64,000 bases of DNA, taken from positions 96,001 to 160,000 of the forward strand of contig CAVOYH010000005.1 in assembly GCA_963700635.1 (NCBI GenBank), given 5' to 3'. Positions 11,630-21,294 of the stretch are shown in pieces (the first letter of the stretch is position 1; each line of letters opens with the position of its first letter). A program made the translations under genes and the position numbers. The stretch is from an uncultured Bacteroidota bacterium (lineage in GTDB: Bacteria; Bacteroidota; Ignavibacteria; UBA10030; UBA6906). A model generated the notes under the pieces. The model had not been told where the DNA came from. It saw only the letters and a program-made list of their open reading frames with translations, and ran no database searches.

Positions 11630-12835
11630 ATGCGCGCACCGATATACCTTGACAACCATGCCACAACGCGGATTGACCCGCGGGTGCTGGACGCGATGAT
11701 GCCTTTCCTTCGTGATCAGTACGGTAATGCCGCAAGCCGCGCGCATGAATTCGGCTGGTTTGCTGCAGCTGCCGTGGACGTTGCCCGCGCGCGCGTCGCC
11801 CGGCTGATCGGTGCTGATAGCCGCGAGATTGTCTTTACAAGCGGAGCCACGGAATCCATCAATCTCGCGCTTAAGGGTCTCGCGGAAGCTGTGTTCAACC
11901 GGAAGCAGAAATCAGGGTATCACATTATTACCGTAGCATCCGAACACAGGGCCGTTCTTGATTCCTGCGCACATCTGGAACGCGCCGGGTTCCGCGTGAG
12001 CGTCCTCCCGGTTGATGAGTATGGCCGCATCTCAGCGGATCAGGTCGCGCACGCCATCACCGATGAGACAATTCTGGTGAGTGTCATGTGGGCCAATAAC
12101 GAGATCGGGACAATCGCGCCCATGGAAGAAATCGCCCGGGTGTGCAGCAAGCGCGGTGTTCTCTTTCATTCTGATGCAACGCAGGCAGTCGGGAAAATCC
12201 CGGTGGACCTCACGCGTATCCCCGTGGATCTCCTGTCGTTCAGCGCACACAAGATGTACGGACCCAAAGGGATCGGTGCGCTCTATGTACGAAGCCGGAA
12301 CCCGAAAATTCCACTCGAATCTCAAATTGATGGGGGAGGGCATGAGTCGGGGGTACGTTCCGGAACGCTGAATGTGCCGGGGATTGTCGGGTTTGGCAGA
12401 GCGGCCGAGATCTGCGGCGAAGAAATGGAACAGGAGGCAGGGAGAGTTATTGTATTACGCGACCTCCTGGTGGGGGAACTCCGGCAACAGTTGCCTGACG
12501 TCGTCGTCAACGGGGATCCGGAAAACCGCCTTCCGCACAATGCAAGCATCACATTCCCCGCCCGGCGAGCCGAGAGGCTCATGCGTGGGATGAAAGAAAT
12601 CGCGGTTTCATCGGGATCCGCATGCAGTTCCGCGCAACCCGGACCGTCTCACGTCCTGAAAGCAATCGGATTGTCTCCGGCAATGGCCGCGGGGACGCTG
12701 CGATTCGGACTGGGTCGGTTCACCACACGCGAAGAGATCGAATACACTGTCCTAAAAGTCGTGGAAGCAGTTACAGCTCAACAACACAATGAACAATGGA
12801 TACCTCATGAAGGCACAAGAATATCTTCTGAATAA
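11630..12835 (+). CDS. iscS: IscS/NifS-type cysteine desulfurase
   Basis: YLDNHATT, FTSGATESIN, SAHKMYGPKG (PLP lysine), SSGSACSS catalytic loop. Confidence 0.9.
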   Translation: MRAPIYLDNHATTRIDPRVLDAMMPFLRDQYGNAASRAHEFGWFAAAAVDVARARVARLIGADSREIVFTSGATESINLALKGLAEAVFNRKQKSGYHIITVASEHRAVLDSCAHLERAGFRVSVLPVDEYGRISADQVAHAITDETILVSVMWANNEIGTIAPMEEIARVCSKRGVLFHSDATQAVGKIPVDLTRIPVDLLSFSAHKMYGPKGIGALYVRSRNPKIPLESQIDGGGHESGVRSGTLNVPGIVGFGRAAEICGEEMEQEAGRVIVLRDLLVGELRQQLPDVVVNGDPENRLPHNASITFPARRAERLMRGMKEIAVSSGSACSSAQPGPSHVLKAIGLSPAMAAGTLRFGLGRFTTREEIEYTVLKVVEAVTAQQHNEQWIPHEGTRISSE

Positions 12836-13268
12836 CAGCAAAGAGTTCCTGGCGTTTTTACGAACACGGGTTCCGGTTTTCCATCTTTCGAACATCTTTT
12901 TCCGCGATGTCCACTTTTCGGTCATTGCATTTCTCGAGGCTCAGGGGATGCGCGTGGCGTACACGTCGGCGGAACGTTTGGCGTACAGGTTGATCGAGAA
13001 ACTTGAGAAGGAGAAGATCCTGGGGCCCATTGACCGGCAGACGTGGGTGGTGCTGTATCCGGACTACCGGACGCCGAACCGGAAGCCTGCAGCTGCTGCG
13101 GCTCCGGCCAAACCGGCAGGGCCCGCTGCTGCGACCGCCAAACCGGCAGGGCCCGCTGCTGCGACCGCCAAACCCGCGGGGCCCGCTGCGCCCGTCAAAC
13201 CGGCGGCAGCCTCTGCGCCAACGGCGACACCGGCCGGCAGCCCTGCATCGTCCGCCGCTCCGGTCTGA
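12807..13268 (+). CDS. hypothetical protein: ~90-aa globular domain plus Ala/Pro-rich repeat tail
   Basis: Fills the gap between iscS and sufB on the operon strand; the tail is encoded by 30-bp tandem repeats. Confidence 0.75.
   Translation: MKAQEYLLNNSKEFLAFLRTRVPVFHLSNIFFRDVHFSVIAFLEAQGMRVAYTSAERLAYRLIEKLEKEKILGPIDRQTWVVLYPDYRTPNRKPAAAAAPAKPAGPAAATAKPAGPAAATAKPAGPAAPVKPAAASAPTATPAGSPASSAAPV
13107..13196 (+). repeat. 3x 30-bp tandem repeat (GCCAAACCGGCAGGGCCCGCTGCTGCGACC) encoding [10 protein letters not shown]
   Basis: Two identical units at 13107-13166 and a third degenerate unit. Confidence 0.9.
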
Positions 13269-13300
13269 ACAGAAATACACGCACACGTACACGAGGAGTC

Positions 13301-14746
13301 ATGAGCACTGAAACATCAACAATCGAATCTCTCGCCAATAGCGAGTACAAGTACGGATTTGTCACCGACATCGAGGCCGATGCAGCGCCACGGGGACTGA
13401 GCGAGGATATTGTCCGCCTGATCTCGACAAAGAAGGGCGAACCCGCGTGGCTTCTGGAATGGCGGCTCAAGGCATACCGCCACTGGCTGACCATGAAAGA
13501 GCCCCGGTGGCCGAACGTGTCCTATCCGCCCATCGACTATCAGAACATCATTTATTACTCGGCCCCGAAACAGAAGGTCCAGCTCAATAGCCTGGATGAG
13601 GTCGATCCGGAACTCCTCCGCACCTATGAAAAACTGGGAATCCCCCTTGCGGAACGGGCGCGGCTTGCCGGGGTGGCGGTGGATGCGGTGTTTGACAGCG
13701 TGTCGGTGGCCACCACATACAAAGAGAAACTGATGGAGCTCGGCGTGATCTTCAGCTCCTTTTCGGAAGCGGTCAAGGATCACCCGGACCTGGTAAAGAA
13801 GTATCTTGGATCGGTGGTTCCATCGAATGACAATTATTTTGCGGCACTCAACTCCGCAGTCTTCAGCGACGGATCCTTCTGCTTTATCCCGAAGGGTGTC
13901 CGTTGTCCGATGGAGCTATCGACCTATTTCCGCATCAACGCCGCTGAAACCGGCCAGTTTGAACGGACTCTTATCGTTGCGGAAGAAGGGGCATACGTCA
14001 GCTACCTTGAAGGATGTACGGCCCCGATCAGGGACACCAATCAGCTTCATGCAGCGGTTGTGGAGCTGGTCGCGCTGGACAATGCGCAGATAAAGTATTC
14101 AACGGTCCAAAACTGGTATCCGGGTGACAAGGATGGAAAAGGTGGCATCTACAATTTTGTTACAAAGCGGGGGAAATGCCAGGGTCAGGGATCGAAGATC
14201 TCCTGGACGCAGGTTGAAACCGGATCAGCCATCACCTGGAAATACCCCAGCGTGCTCCTCATTGGAGACAACTCGGTGGGGGAATTTTATTCAGTGGCAG
14301 TGACCAACAACCGCCAGCAGGCCGATACAGGGACAAAGATGATCCATATCGGCAAGAACACCAAGAGTACCATCGTCTCGAAGGGAATCTCCGCCGGATT
14401 CGGTCAGAATTCATACCGCGGTCTGGTCGATGTCAAGAAGAATGCCTCGCATGCCAGAAACTTCTCCCAGTGCGATTCGTTGTTGTTGGGCGACAAGTGC
14501 GGAGCCCACACGTTTCCGTATATCGAGGTGCGGAATACCTCTTCGCGCGTTGAACATGAGGCATCAACATCCAAGATCGGCGAGGACCAGATTTTCTACT
14601 GCAGGCAGCGTGGATTATCGACCGAGGATGCGGTGAATATGATCGTAAACGGCTTCTGCAAGGAAGTGTTCCGGGAGCTCCCGATGGAGTTCGCCGTGGA
14701 AGCGCAGAAGCTCCTGGGGGTGAGTCTGGAAGGCAGCGTTGGTTGA
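13301..14746 (+). CDS. sufB: Fe-S cluster assembly protein SufB
   Basis: [43 protein letters not shown]-terminus; GAGGAG SD before ATG 13301. Confidence 0.97.
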   Translation: MSTETSTIESLANSEYKYGFVTDIEADAAPRGLSEDIVRLISTKKGEPAWLLEWRLKAYRHWLTMKEPRWPNVSYPPIDYQNIIYYSAPKQKVQLNSLDEVDPELLRTYEKLGIPLAERARLAGVAVDAVFDSVSVATTYKEKLMELGVIFSSFSEAVKDHPDLVKKYLGSVVPSNDNYFAALNSAVFSDGSFCFIPKGVRCPMELSTYFRINAAETGQFERTLIVAEEGAYVSYLEGCTAPIRDTNQLHAAVVELVALDNAQIKYSTVQNWYPGDKDGKGGIYNFVTKRGKCQGQGSKISWTQVETGSAITWKYPSVLLIGDNSVGEFYSVAVTNNRQQADTGTKMIHIGKNTKSTIVSKGISAGFGQNSYRGLVDVKKNASHARNFSQCDSLLLGDKCGAHTFPYIEVRNTSSRVEHEASTSKIGEDQIFYCRQRGLSTEDAVNMIVNGFCKEVFRELPMEFAVEAQKLLGVSLEGSVG

Positions 14747-14817
14747 TGGTTCCCCGTCCCCAGTCGAATAAAGAACAACCATCGGATAGACCCAAGGCAA
14801 AGGACACAGGAAAGAAT

Positions 14818-15573
14818 ATGCTTCGAATCAAAAATCTTCACGCCGCCGTCAACGGCAATAAAATACTGGAAGGCATTTCCCTCGAAGTGAAGGCCGGGGA
14901 GGTGCATGCAATCATGGGCCCCAATGGCTCCGGGAAAAGCACGCTGGCCGGAGTGCTCGCCGGGAAAGAGAGCTTTGACGTCACCGCCGGGGAAGTACAG
15001 TATGACGGCAAAGACCTTCTGGAAATGAACCCGGAAGAACGGGCACGGGAAGGTCTCTTCCTTGCCTTCCAGTACCCCGTGGAAATTCCAGGGGTGACGA
15101 ACACGTATTTTCTCAAGGCCGCACTGAACGCCATCCGGAAGCACCGCGGACTGGAGGAGCTGGATGCCATGGAGTTCCTTTCGCTGGTCAAGGAGAAGAT
15201 GAAACTGGTGGATCTTGATGCATCGCTTCTCAACCGGCCGGTGAACGAAGGATTCTCCGGAGGGGAGAAAAAGCGTAACGAAATTTTTCACATGGCCGTG
15301 CTGGAGCCCAGACTGGCCATCCTGGATGAGACCGATTCGGGGCTGGACATCGACGCGCTGCGCATTGTCGCGGATGGCGTGAACAAACTCCGCTCGAAAG
15401 AGAACGCCGTTGTGGTGGTAACACACTATCAACGGCTGCTCAACTACATCATTCCGGACTATGTCCATGTCCTCATGGACGGGCGCATCGTCAAGTCCGG
15501 CGGGAAAGAACTGGCGCACCAGCTTGAAGAAAAAGGATACGACTGGCTCAAGACGGAACCTCAAGCGGTGTGA
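14818..15573 (+). CDS. sufC: Fe-S cluster assembly ATPase SufC
   Basis: GPNGSGKST Walker A, FQYPVEIPGV, GFSGGEKKRNE, LDETDSGLDID. Confidence 0.97.
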   Translation: MLRIKNLHAAVNGNKILEGISLEVKAGEVHAIMGPNGSGKSTLAGVLAGKESFDVTAGEVQYDGKDLLEMNPEERAREGLFLAFQYPVEIPGVTNTYFLKAALNAIRKHRGLEELDAMEFLSLVKEKMKLVDLDASLLNRPVNEGFSGGEKKRNEIFHMAVLEPRLAILDETDSGLDIDALRIVADGVNKLRSKENAVVVVTHYQRLLNYIIPDYVHVLMDGRIVKSGGKELAHQLEEKGYDWLKTEPQAV

Positions 15574-15624
15574 GCGACGTCTGTATCCCCCTGACGAAAT
15601 ACGCATGAGAATCTAAGGACCTGT

Positions 15625-16962
15625 ATGCAAAAGAGTGAATCACCAGTCGTCTGGTATGAACAGCAGTTTGAACTCCTTGAGCGCGAGCTTAACGGATCAG
15701 CGGGCTCCGCGGTCCATGCTCTCCGCCGCCGGGCAATGGCGCAGTTTACACAATCAGGTTTCCCCACAACCCGCGATGAAGAGTGGCGTTTCACGAACCT
15801 GGCGTCGCTGGCACGGCTGGAGTGTGTGCGTGCCGAAAAAGAGACGCGGGTGACGGCGCGGGAACTCACGCCGTATGTCCTGCCCGGGTCGTCTCATCGC
15901 CTTGTGTTTGTGAACGGGCGGTGGTCGCCGGGCCTCTCATCGATCGGATCCCTTCCGGCCGGAGTGCGGGTCGAGAGTATCGCTGAGGCATTCCGGCGCG
16001 ACGAAAAGGAAGTGCTCCGGACACTGGGCTCTCTCGCCCCCCTGGAGGATCACCCCTTCACCGCGCTGCAGACGGCATTTTTGTCTGACGGAGCGTATAT
16101 CGTGGTACCCGACAAGACCGATTGTCCGGACCCGGTAGAACTACTTTTTGTGGCGACGCCCGGAGAGTCCCCGCTGGCCATCCACCCCAGAAATCTGATC
16201 CGTGTGGGCAATCGTTCGCGGCTCTCGGTCGTTGAAACGTACGCCGGATTGGGCACATCCCCGTACTTCACGAACATGGTTACGGAGGTTCTTGTCGGGG
16301 AGGGTGCGGTACTTGAACACGATAAGCTTCAGGTTGAGAATATGCACGCCTATCACATCGGGAGTACCTACATTCGGCAGGAGGGGGAGAGCACGGTGAC
16401 TTCAAATTCCATCGCCCTCGGAGGCGCACTGGTGAGGAATGCCGTGATCTCGACATTCGCGGCACCGCACGCAGAATGTACATTAAACGGTCTAACCCTT
16501 ACCACCGGCAGCCAGCATATCGACAACCGCACCACGATTGACCATGCTCATCCGCACTGTGCCAGCCACGAGTTATACAAAGCGATCCTTGACGGCCAGT
16601 CCCGGGGTGTGTTTAACGGAAAAATTTTCGTCCGGAAGGATGCCCAGAAGACTGATGCCCGGCAGACGAACAAGACATTGTTGCTCTCCGATGAAACGAC
16701 GATGGATACGAAGCCGCAGCTGGAGATTTTTGCCGATGATGTAAAATGTACCCATGGTGCCACCATCGGCCAGCTGGAAGAAGACCAGGTGTTTTACCTG
16801 CGCACAAGGGGTATCGATGAGGCCGCTGCCCGCGACATCCTCACATTCGCCTTTGCCGGTGACGTTGTGGACCGTATTCACATCGTTTCACTGCGGGGGC
16901 GGCTGGAAGAAATCCTCCACAAACGGCTCCAGCAGGGCCGCATTCACACGGTGGAATCATGA
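15625..16962 (+). CDS. sufD: Fe-S cluster assembly protein SufD
   Basis: [43 protein letters not shown]. Confidence 0.96.
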   Translation: MQKSESPVVWYEQQFELLERELNGSAGSAVHALRRRAMAQFTQSGFPTTRDEEWRFTNLASLARLECVRAEKETRVTARELTPYVLPGSSHRLVFVNGRWSPGLSSIGSLPAGVRVESIAEAFRRDEKEVLRTLGSLAPLEDHPFTALQTAFLSDGAYIVVPDKTDCPDPVELLFVATPGESPLAIHPRNLIRVGNRSRLSVVETYAGLGTSPYFTNMVTEVLVGEGAVLEHDKLQVENMHAYHIGSTYIRQEGESTVTSNSIALGGALVRNAVISTFAAPHAECTLNGLTLTTGSQHIDNRTTIDHAHPHCASHELYKAILDGQSRGVFNGKIFVRKDAQKTDARQTNKTLLLSDETTMDTKPQLEIFADDVKCTHGATIGQLEEDQVFYLRTRGIDEAAARDILTFAFAGDVVDRIHIVSLRGRLEEILHKRLQQGRIHTVES

Positions 16963-18221
16963 CACAATCCGAAACAGCGACTCTTGCCGAGCAGTTTAAC
17001 AAGATTATCAGCATCGCCGGGTGCCGGCACCATTTCCCCCTCCTCCGCCAGTATGTGAACGGGAAGCCGCTGGTCTATTTTGATAATGCGGCAACGAGCC
17101 AGAAGCCCCAGGCCGTGATCGATGCGATGATGCGGTACTACCAGGAAGAAAATTCGAATATTCACCGCGGGGTGCATTCGCTCAGCGAGCGGGCCACGCA
17201 GGCGTACGAAAAGGTCCGGCACAAGGTTGCTGCCTTCATGAATGCCGGAGATCATCGCGAGATCATTTTCGTGCGTGGCACCACCGAAGGCATCAACCTC
17301 GTGGCGCACAGTTTTGGACGCGCCTTTGTGCAGGAGGGGGATGAAATCCTCATTTCCGGCATGGAACATCATTCAAACATCGTTCCGTGGCAGATTCTCT
17401 GTGAAGAACGTAAGGCGATCCTGCGCGTCATCCCTCTTACCGATACCGGTGAACTGGATCTCGATGCATTTCCGGCCATGCTTACCGAAAAGACCCGTTT
17501 GATGGCCGTAACGCACGTGTCAAACGCCCTGGGCACGGTGAACCCCGTCAAGGAGCTTGTCCGCCAGGCACATGCAAAAGGGATTCCGGTACTCGTGGAT
17601 GGCGCCCAGGCGGTTCCACATATGCACGTGGACGTGCAGGATCTGGACTGCGACTTCTATACGTTTTCGGCTCATAAGATGTTCGGACCAACCGGCGTTG
17701 GCGTCCTGTACGGCAAGCGGCGCTGGCTGGATACCATGCCTCCGTATCAGGGAGGAGGCGATATGATAAAGTCGGTGACGTTCGAAAAGACCATCTACAA
17801 TGATCTGCCCTACAAATTTGAAGCCGGTACGCCCAACATCGGGGGGAGTATAGGTTTGGGCGCGGCCCTGGACTATCTGCGCGAGTTGAACATGGATGCC
17901 ATCAGGCGGTTTGAAGACGAACTGCTCGCGTATGCGACGGAGCGGATTCTCACCGTCCCGGGGGTGCGTCTTATCGGCACGGCGCGGGAAAAAGCGGGGG
18001 TCCTCTCATTCGTGATGGAAGAGATTCATCCGCACGATATTGGCACCATTCTGGATGTTGAAGGAGTTGCGATCCGGACGGGGCATCATTGTGCGCAGCC
18101 GGTCATGCAGCGGTTCGGCATTCCGGCAACCGCGCGCGCCTCCTTCGCGTTCTACAACACCAAGGAAGAAGTTGATGCCTTCATCAAGGCCCTGCACAAA
18201 GTGAGGGAGGTGCTTTCCTGA
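16959..18221 (+). CDS. sufS: SufS-type cysteine desulfurase
   Basis: [40 protein letters not shown]. Confidence 0.96.
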   Translation: MTQSETATLAEQFNKIISIAGCRHHFPLLRQYVNGKPLVYFDNAATSQKPQAVIDAMMRYYQEENSNIHRGVHSLSERATQAYEKVRHKVAAFMNAGDHREIIFVRGTTEGINLVAHSFGRAFVQEGDEILISGMEHHSNIVPWQILCEERKAILRVIPLTDTGELDLDAFPAMLTEKTRLMAVTHVSNALGTVNPVKELVRQAHAKGIPVLVDGAQAVPHMHVDVQDLDCDFYTFSAHKMFGPTGVGVLYGKRRWLDTMPPYQGGGDMIKSVTFEKTIYNDLPYKFEAGTPNIGGSIGLGAALDYLRELNMDAIRRFEDELLAYATERILTVPGVRLIGTAREKAGVLSFVMEEIHPHDIGTILDVEGVAIRTGHHCAQPVMQRFGIPATARASFAFYNTKEEVDAFIKALHKVREVLS

Positions 18222-18673
18222 TGCCCGCCCTGAGAGAACTGTACCAGGAGATCATCCTGGACCACAACAAGGCGCCTCGCAATTTCCGCAGGATGGAGGG
18301 CGCTACCCGGCGTGTGGAAGGATACAACCCCCTGTGCGGTGATCACTATACGGTGTATGTGAAAGTGGAAGGGGACACGATTGTGGACGTGAGCTTTGAG
18401 GGAGCCGGATGCGCAATTTCGAAGGCCTCGGCGTCGGTGATGAGCGCAATGGTAAAATCGCGCACCGTTGCCCAGGCTGAGGAACTTTTTGAGGAGTTTC
18501 ATCGGTTAGTCAAAGGTGAGCTGCATGGGGAAGAGGACGTCGAGCGGCTTGGGAAGCTGGCGGCGTTTGCCGGCGTGAGCGAATTTCCCGCACGGGTAAA
18601 ATGTGCGAGTCTTGCCTGGCATACACTCCACACGGCACTCAATTCCACCGAAGAGAGTATCAGCACCGAATAA
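18221..18673 (+). CDS. sufU: SUF-system SufU (NifU-like) protein
   Basis: LYQEIILDH, NPLCGD, GCAISKASAS, PARVKCASLAW. Confidence 0.93.
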   Translation: MPALRELYQEIILDHNKAPRNFRRMEGATRRVEGYNPLCGDHYTVYVKVEGDTIVDVSFEGAGCAISKASASVMSAMVKSRTVAQAEELFEEFHRLVKGELHGEEDVERLGKLAAFAGVSEFPARVKCASLAWHTLHTALNSTEESISTE

Positions 18674-18696
18674 TATCGCGAAAGCACGGTCGTATC

Positions 18697-19029
18697 ATGA
18701 GTGACACAATCATCAGCACTATTGAACAAAAATTGATTGAAGGACAGGCCACAGAGGCGATCAGGGGCTGTTATGATCCCGAGATCCCGGTGAATATCTA
18801 TGACCTGGGCCTGATCTATGACGTGGCGGTGAACGAGCGGGGCGAAGTTGGTGTCACGATGACCCTGACATCACCTCACTGTCCGGCTGCACAGTCCCTC
18901 CCCCGGGATGTGGAGCAACGTATCAAGATCATCCCCCGTGTGTCCGGGGTGAACGTAAAAGTTGTCTGGGATCCACCGTGGAATCCCAGCATGATGAGCG
19001 AAGCTGCAAAGCTCGAACTGGGTTTTTAA
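18697..19029 (+). CDS. DUF59/SufT-like Fe-S maturation protein
   Basis: YDPEIPVNIYDLGLIY, MTLTSPHCP, WDPPW. Confidence 0.92.
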   Translation: MSDTIISTIEQKLIEGQATEAIRGCYDPEIPVNIYDLGLIYDVAVNERGEVGVTMTLTSPHCPAAQSLPRDVEQRIKIIPRVSGVNVKVVWDPPWNPSMMSEAAKLELGF

Positions 19030-19051
19030 ACACTCATACAGGTAGAACACC

Positions 19052-19420
19052 ATGGACACAACAACACTCGATCCCAAGCCCATTGTCAATGATGAAATCA
19101 CACTCACTGCCAAAGCGGTGGCTGAGGTCCGCCGGCTGATGTCGTCCGGCAGCATACCCGAAACGCACGGACTCCGGCTCAGCGTTAAAGGCGGAGGGTG
19201 TTCGGGCCTCTCGTATGTGCTTGGCTTTGATGAACATCCCAAAGAAGCCGATGCGGTGATGGCGATCCAGGGGCTAAAGGTATTTGTTGATCCGAAGAGC
19301 CTTTTCTACATCTCCGGGACAGTCCTGGATTTTAGTGATGGGCTCAACGGCAAGGGATTTGTCTTCAACAACCCAAAGGCAGAGCGGACCTGCGGGTGTG
19401 GCAGCTCATTTGGCGTGTAA
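19052..19420 (+). CDS. A-type Fe-S carrier (IscA/SufA/HesB family)
   Basis: GGGCSG and CGCGSSF motifs. Confidence 0.95.
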   Translation: MDTTTLDPKPIVNDEITLTAKAVAEVRRLMSSGSIPETHGLRLSVKGGGCSGLSYVLGFDEHPKEADAVMAIQGLKVFVDPKSLFYISGTVLDFSDGLNGKGFVFNNPKAERTCGCGSSFGV

Positions 19421-20184
19421 TGGATACCATGAAGCCGATAAATCGCCGGGTTTTTGTACAGACCATCGCCGCCTCTGGCGCGCTTACCCTTATCCCTCAG
19501 GTACTGAGAGCACATTCTACAGAAGAAACAATCATACATAATAAGGAGAATACACAGATGGCATTTGAATGGAAGTTTAAGACCAGACCGTATAGCGACG
19601 AGGAAGCAAAGAAACTGCTCGCTCCCGTCATTGATGCCGAGACATCTGATTGGCACTACAACACCCATCACAAAGGTTATGTCACGGCGCTGAATACCAT
19701 CGAGAAGGCGCTCGAGACAGCCGACCGGGGTACTGCCAATGGAAATTACAGCCAGATCGGTGAGCTGAAAAGAAGAACCACGTGGAACCATGCCGGGGCG
19801 CTCCTTCATGATGTGTACTGGGAGGTGCTGGGCGGAGATGGAGATCCGAACAAGGGGCCTGAGGTGAAAGCGGCGATCGAGAAGGAGTTTGGATCCTTTG
19901 ATGCGTGGAAAGCGGATTTTAAGGCAACAGCGGTGTCCGCAAAGCTGAGCGGCTGGGGAGTGTTGACGTTTGATATGCTCTATTCGCGCCGTGTGCTTAA
20001 CGTCCTGGTTGATGAGCACCACTATGGCGCCATCTGGGGCGGGATTCCCTTGATTCCCGTGGATGTATTCGAGCATGCGTACTATCACAAGGATGGACCG
20101 AAACGTGCGCTCTACATCGACAATTTTATTGCCAATCTGCACTGGGGCCGTATCAACGAGCGCTTCAAGAAATACGCAAAATAG
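19420..20184 (+). CDS. sod: Fe/Mn superoxide dismutase, with an in-frame Tat-like N-terminal extension (alternative start at 19558)
   Basis: HYNTHHKGY, NHAGALLHDVYW and DVFEHAYY metal ligands; NRRVFV twin-arginine motif upstream; AAGGAG SD before ATG 19558. Confidence 0.9.
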   Translation: MDTMKPINRRVFVQTIAASGALTLIPQVLRAHSTEETIIHNKENTQMAFEWKFKTRPYSDEEAKKLLAPVIDAETSDWHYNTHHKGYVTALNTIEKALETADRGTANGNYSQIGELKRRTTWNHAGALLHDVYWEVLGGDGDPNKGPEVKAAIEKEFGSFDAWKADFKATAVSAKLSGWGVLTFDMLYSRRVLNVLVDEHHYGAIWGGIPLIPVDVFEHAYYHKDGPKRALYIDNFIANLHWGRINERFKKYAK

Positions 20185-20221
20185 TTGTGGATGCTCCACA
20201 GCATGCCTCATATGATGCTGT

Positions 20222-20291
20222 TGAGCCAGCGGACGGGGTGTGCGCAGCGTGTCCGGAAACGGAACGCTGCGCCTTTGTCCCGCCGGGCTCA
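20222..20291 (+). terminator. long GC-rich hairpin with GAAA tetraloop after sod (probable terminator or 3' stabiliser)
   Basis: GCGCAGCGT-GTCCG-GAAA-CGGA-ACGCTGCGC core, extended by an outer TGAGCC/GGCTCA pairing. Confidence 0.55.
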
Positions 20292-20461
20292 GAAAGATGG
20301 CATTCGCGCTGAGCGGTTTTTGGTACGATTTCCATTCATTCTCCCTGCATCACCTCCCGGCAGTCCGGACCGCGTGGCATAATGCGCAGGACACCGTCCG
20401 TCAGTTCAGCAATTTCCGCATGCTTTCGCATCATGACCCTACCGCAGAGTACGGTTTCAGC

Positions 20462-20490
20462 TTGAAGTTCTCCCCATTTTTGGCTATACT
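20462..20490 (+). promoter_or_regulatory. sigma70-like promoter TTGAAG-N17-TATACT
   Basis: Near-consensus boxes with 17-bp spacing, 21 nt upstream of ATG 20512. Confidence 0.6.
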
Positions 20491-20511
20491 TTTGCATCGA
20501 AGGGGCCAGGC

Positions 20512-21132
20512 ATGAATGTGGAACACCTCCCCCTCTTTCCACTGCAGGTTGTCCTCTTTCCCCACGCCGCACTCCCACTCCACATTTTTGAGGAGCGGTA
20601 CCGAGCGCTGCTGCGGATGTGTATCAAGGAGTCCGTGGAATTCGGCATTGTGATGTTGAAGGGAGACCAGCTGGCGGAAATAGGGTGCTCGGCAGCAGTG
20701 ACGTCGGTTCTGCAAATGTATGAAGACGGGCGGATGGATGTGCTTGTGGAAGGCCGCAGACGATTTCGTACGCTGAAGGTTGACGACAGCCAGGCCCTGT
20801 ACCTGATCGGAAATGTGGAGTATCTGGACGAGCGCAGAGAGTTGCCCGACCCGGACAGCTTCACCGACACGGTCCAGAAGTACAACCAGCTTGTCGGACT
20901 GGTGTACGGGGGAAAAGTAAAGATGCTGGATCCGGTCGTTCCGTTGCCCGATCTTTCGTTTGTGATGGCGCAGAAGGCCGGGATGGATCTGGATCAACGC
21001 CAGCATTTGCTGGAGCGCGAAACCGAAGACGAACGGTTGGGCTTGCTGAACGAGTACCTGACCGGAGTACTGCCCCGGCTCAAAAAGCTTGAAGAGGTAG
21101 AACGTATCATACGAAGTGATGGATACCTTTAA
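20512..21132 (+). CDS. Lon protease N-terminal (substrate-binding) domain protein
   Basis: LPLFPL.VVLFP...LPLHIFEERY, FGIV, IGC, G.RRF motifs. Confidence 0.9.
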   Translation: MNVEHLPLFPLQVVLFPHAALPLHIFEERYRALLRMCIKESVEFGIVMLKGDQLAEIGCSAAVTSVLQMYEDGRMDVLVEGRRRFRTLKVDDSQALYLIGNVEYLDERRELPDPDSFTDTVQKYNQLVGLVYGGKVKMLDPVVPLPDLSFVMAQKAGMDLDQRQHLLERETEDERLGLLNEYLTGVLPRLKKLEEVERIIRSDGYL

Positions 21133-21153
21133 TTTACGCACAAGGAGATACCG

Positions 21154-21255
21154 ATGAACAAAAAAAGACGGAACGCCCGCAAGAAACACCGCAAGGCGAC
21201 TGACCGGGCGAAGGCAAAAAGAAGAACCCAGCTGGCGAATAAGAAAACCGTGTAA
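21154..21255 (+). CDS. small Lys/Arg-rich protein, 33 aa (MNKKRRNARKKHRKATDRAKAKRRTQLANKKTV)
   Basis: AAGGAG SD upstream of the ATG, fills the intergenic gap, followed by a perfect hairpin; below the ORF-track size cutoff. Confidence 0.65.
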   Translation: MNKKRRNARKKHRKATDRAKAKRRTQLANKKTV

Positions 21256-21262
21256 CGTACCC

Positions 21263-21286
21263 AAGGGTGACCGGACCGGTCACCTT
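21263..21286 (+). terminator. hairpin GGTGACCGG-A-CCGGTCACC downstream of the small basic ORF
   Basis: Perfect 9-bp inverted repeat followed by TT; the U-tract is weak. Confidence 0.45.
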
Positions 21287-21294
21287 CGGTATTT

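Noticed and set aside
13107-13196. CRISPR-like array
   Set aside because: Head-to-tail 30-bp coding repeats without spacers; no cas genes in the window
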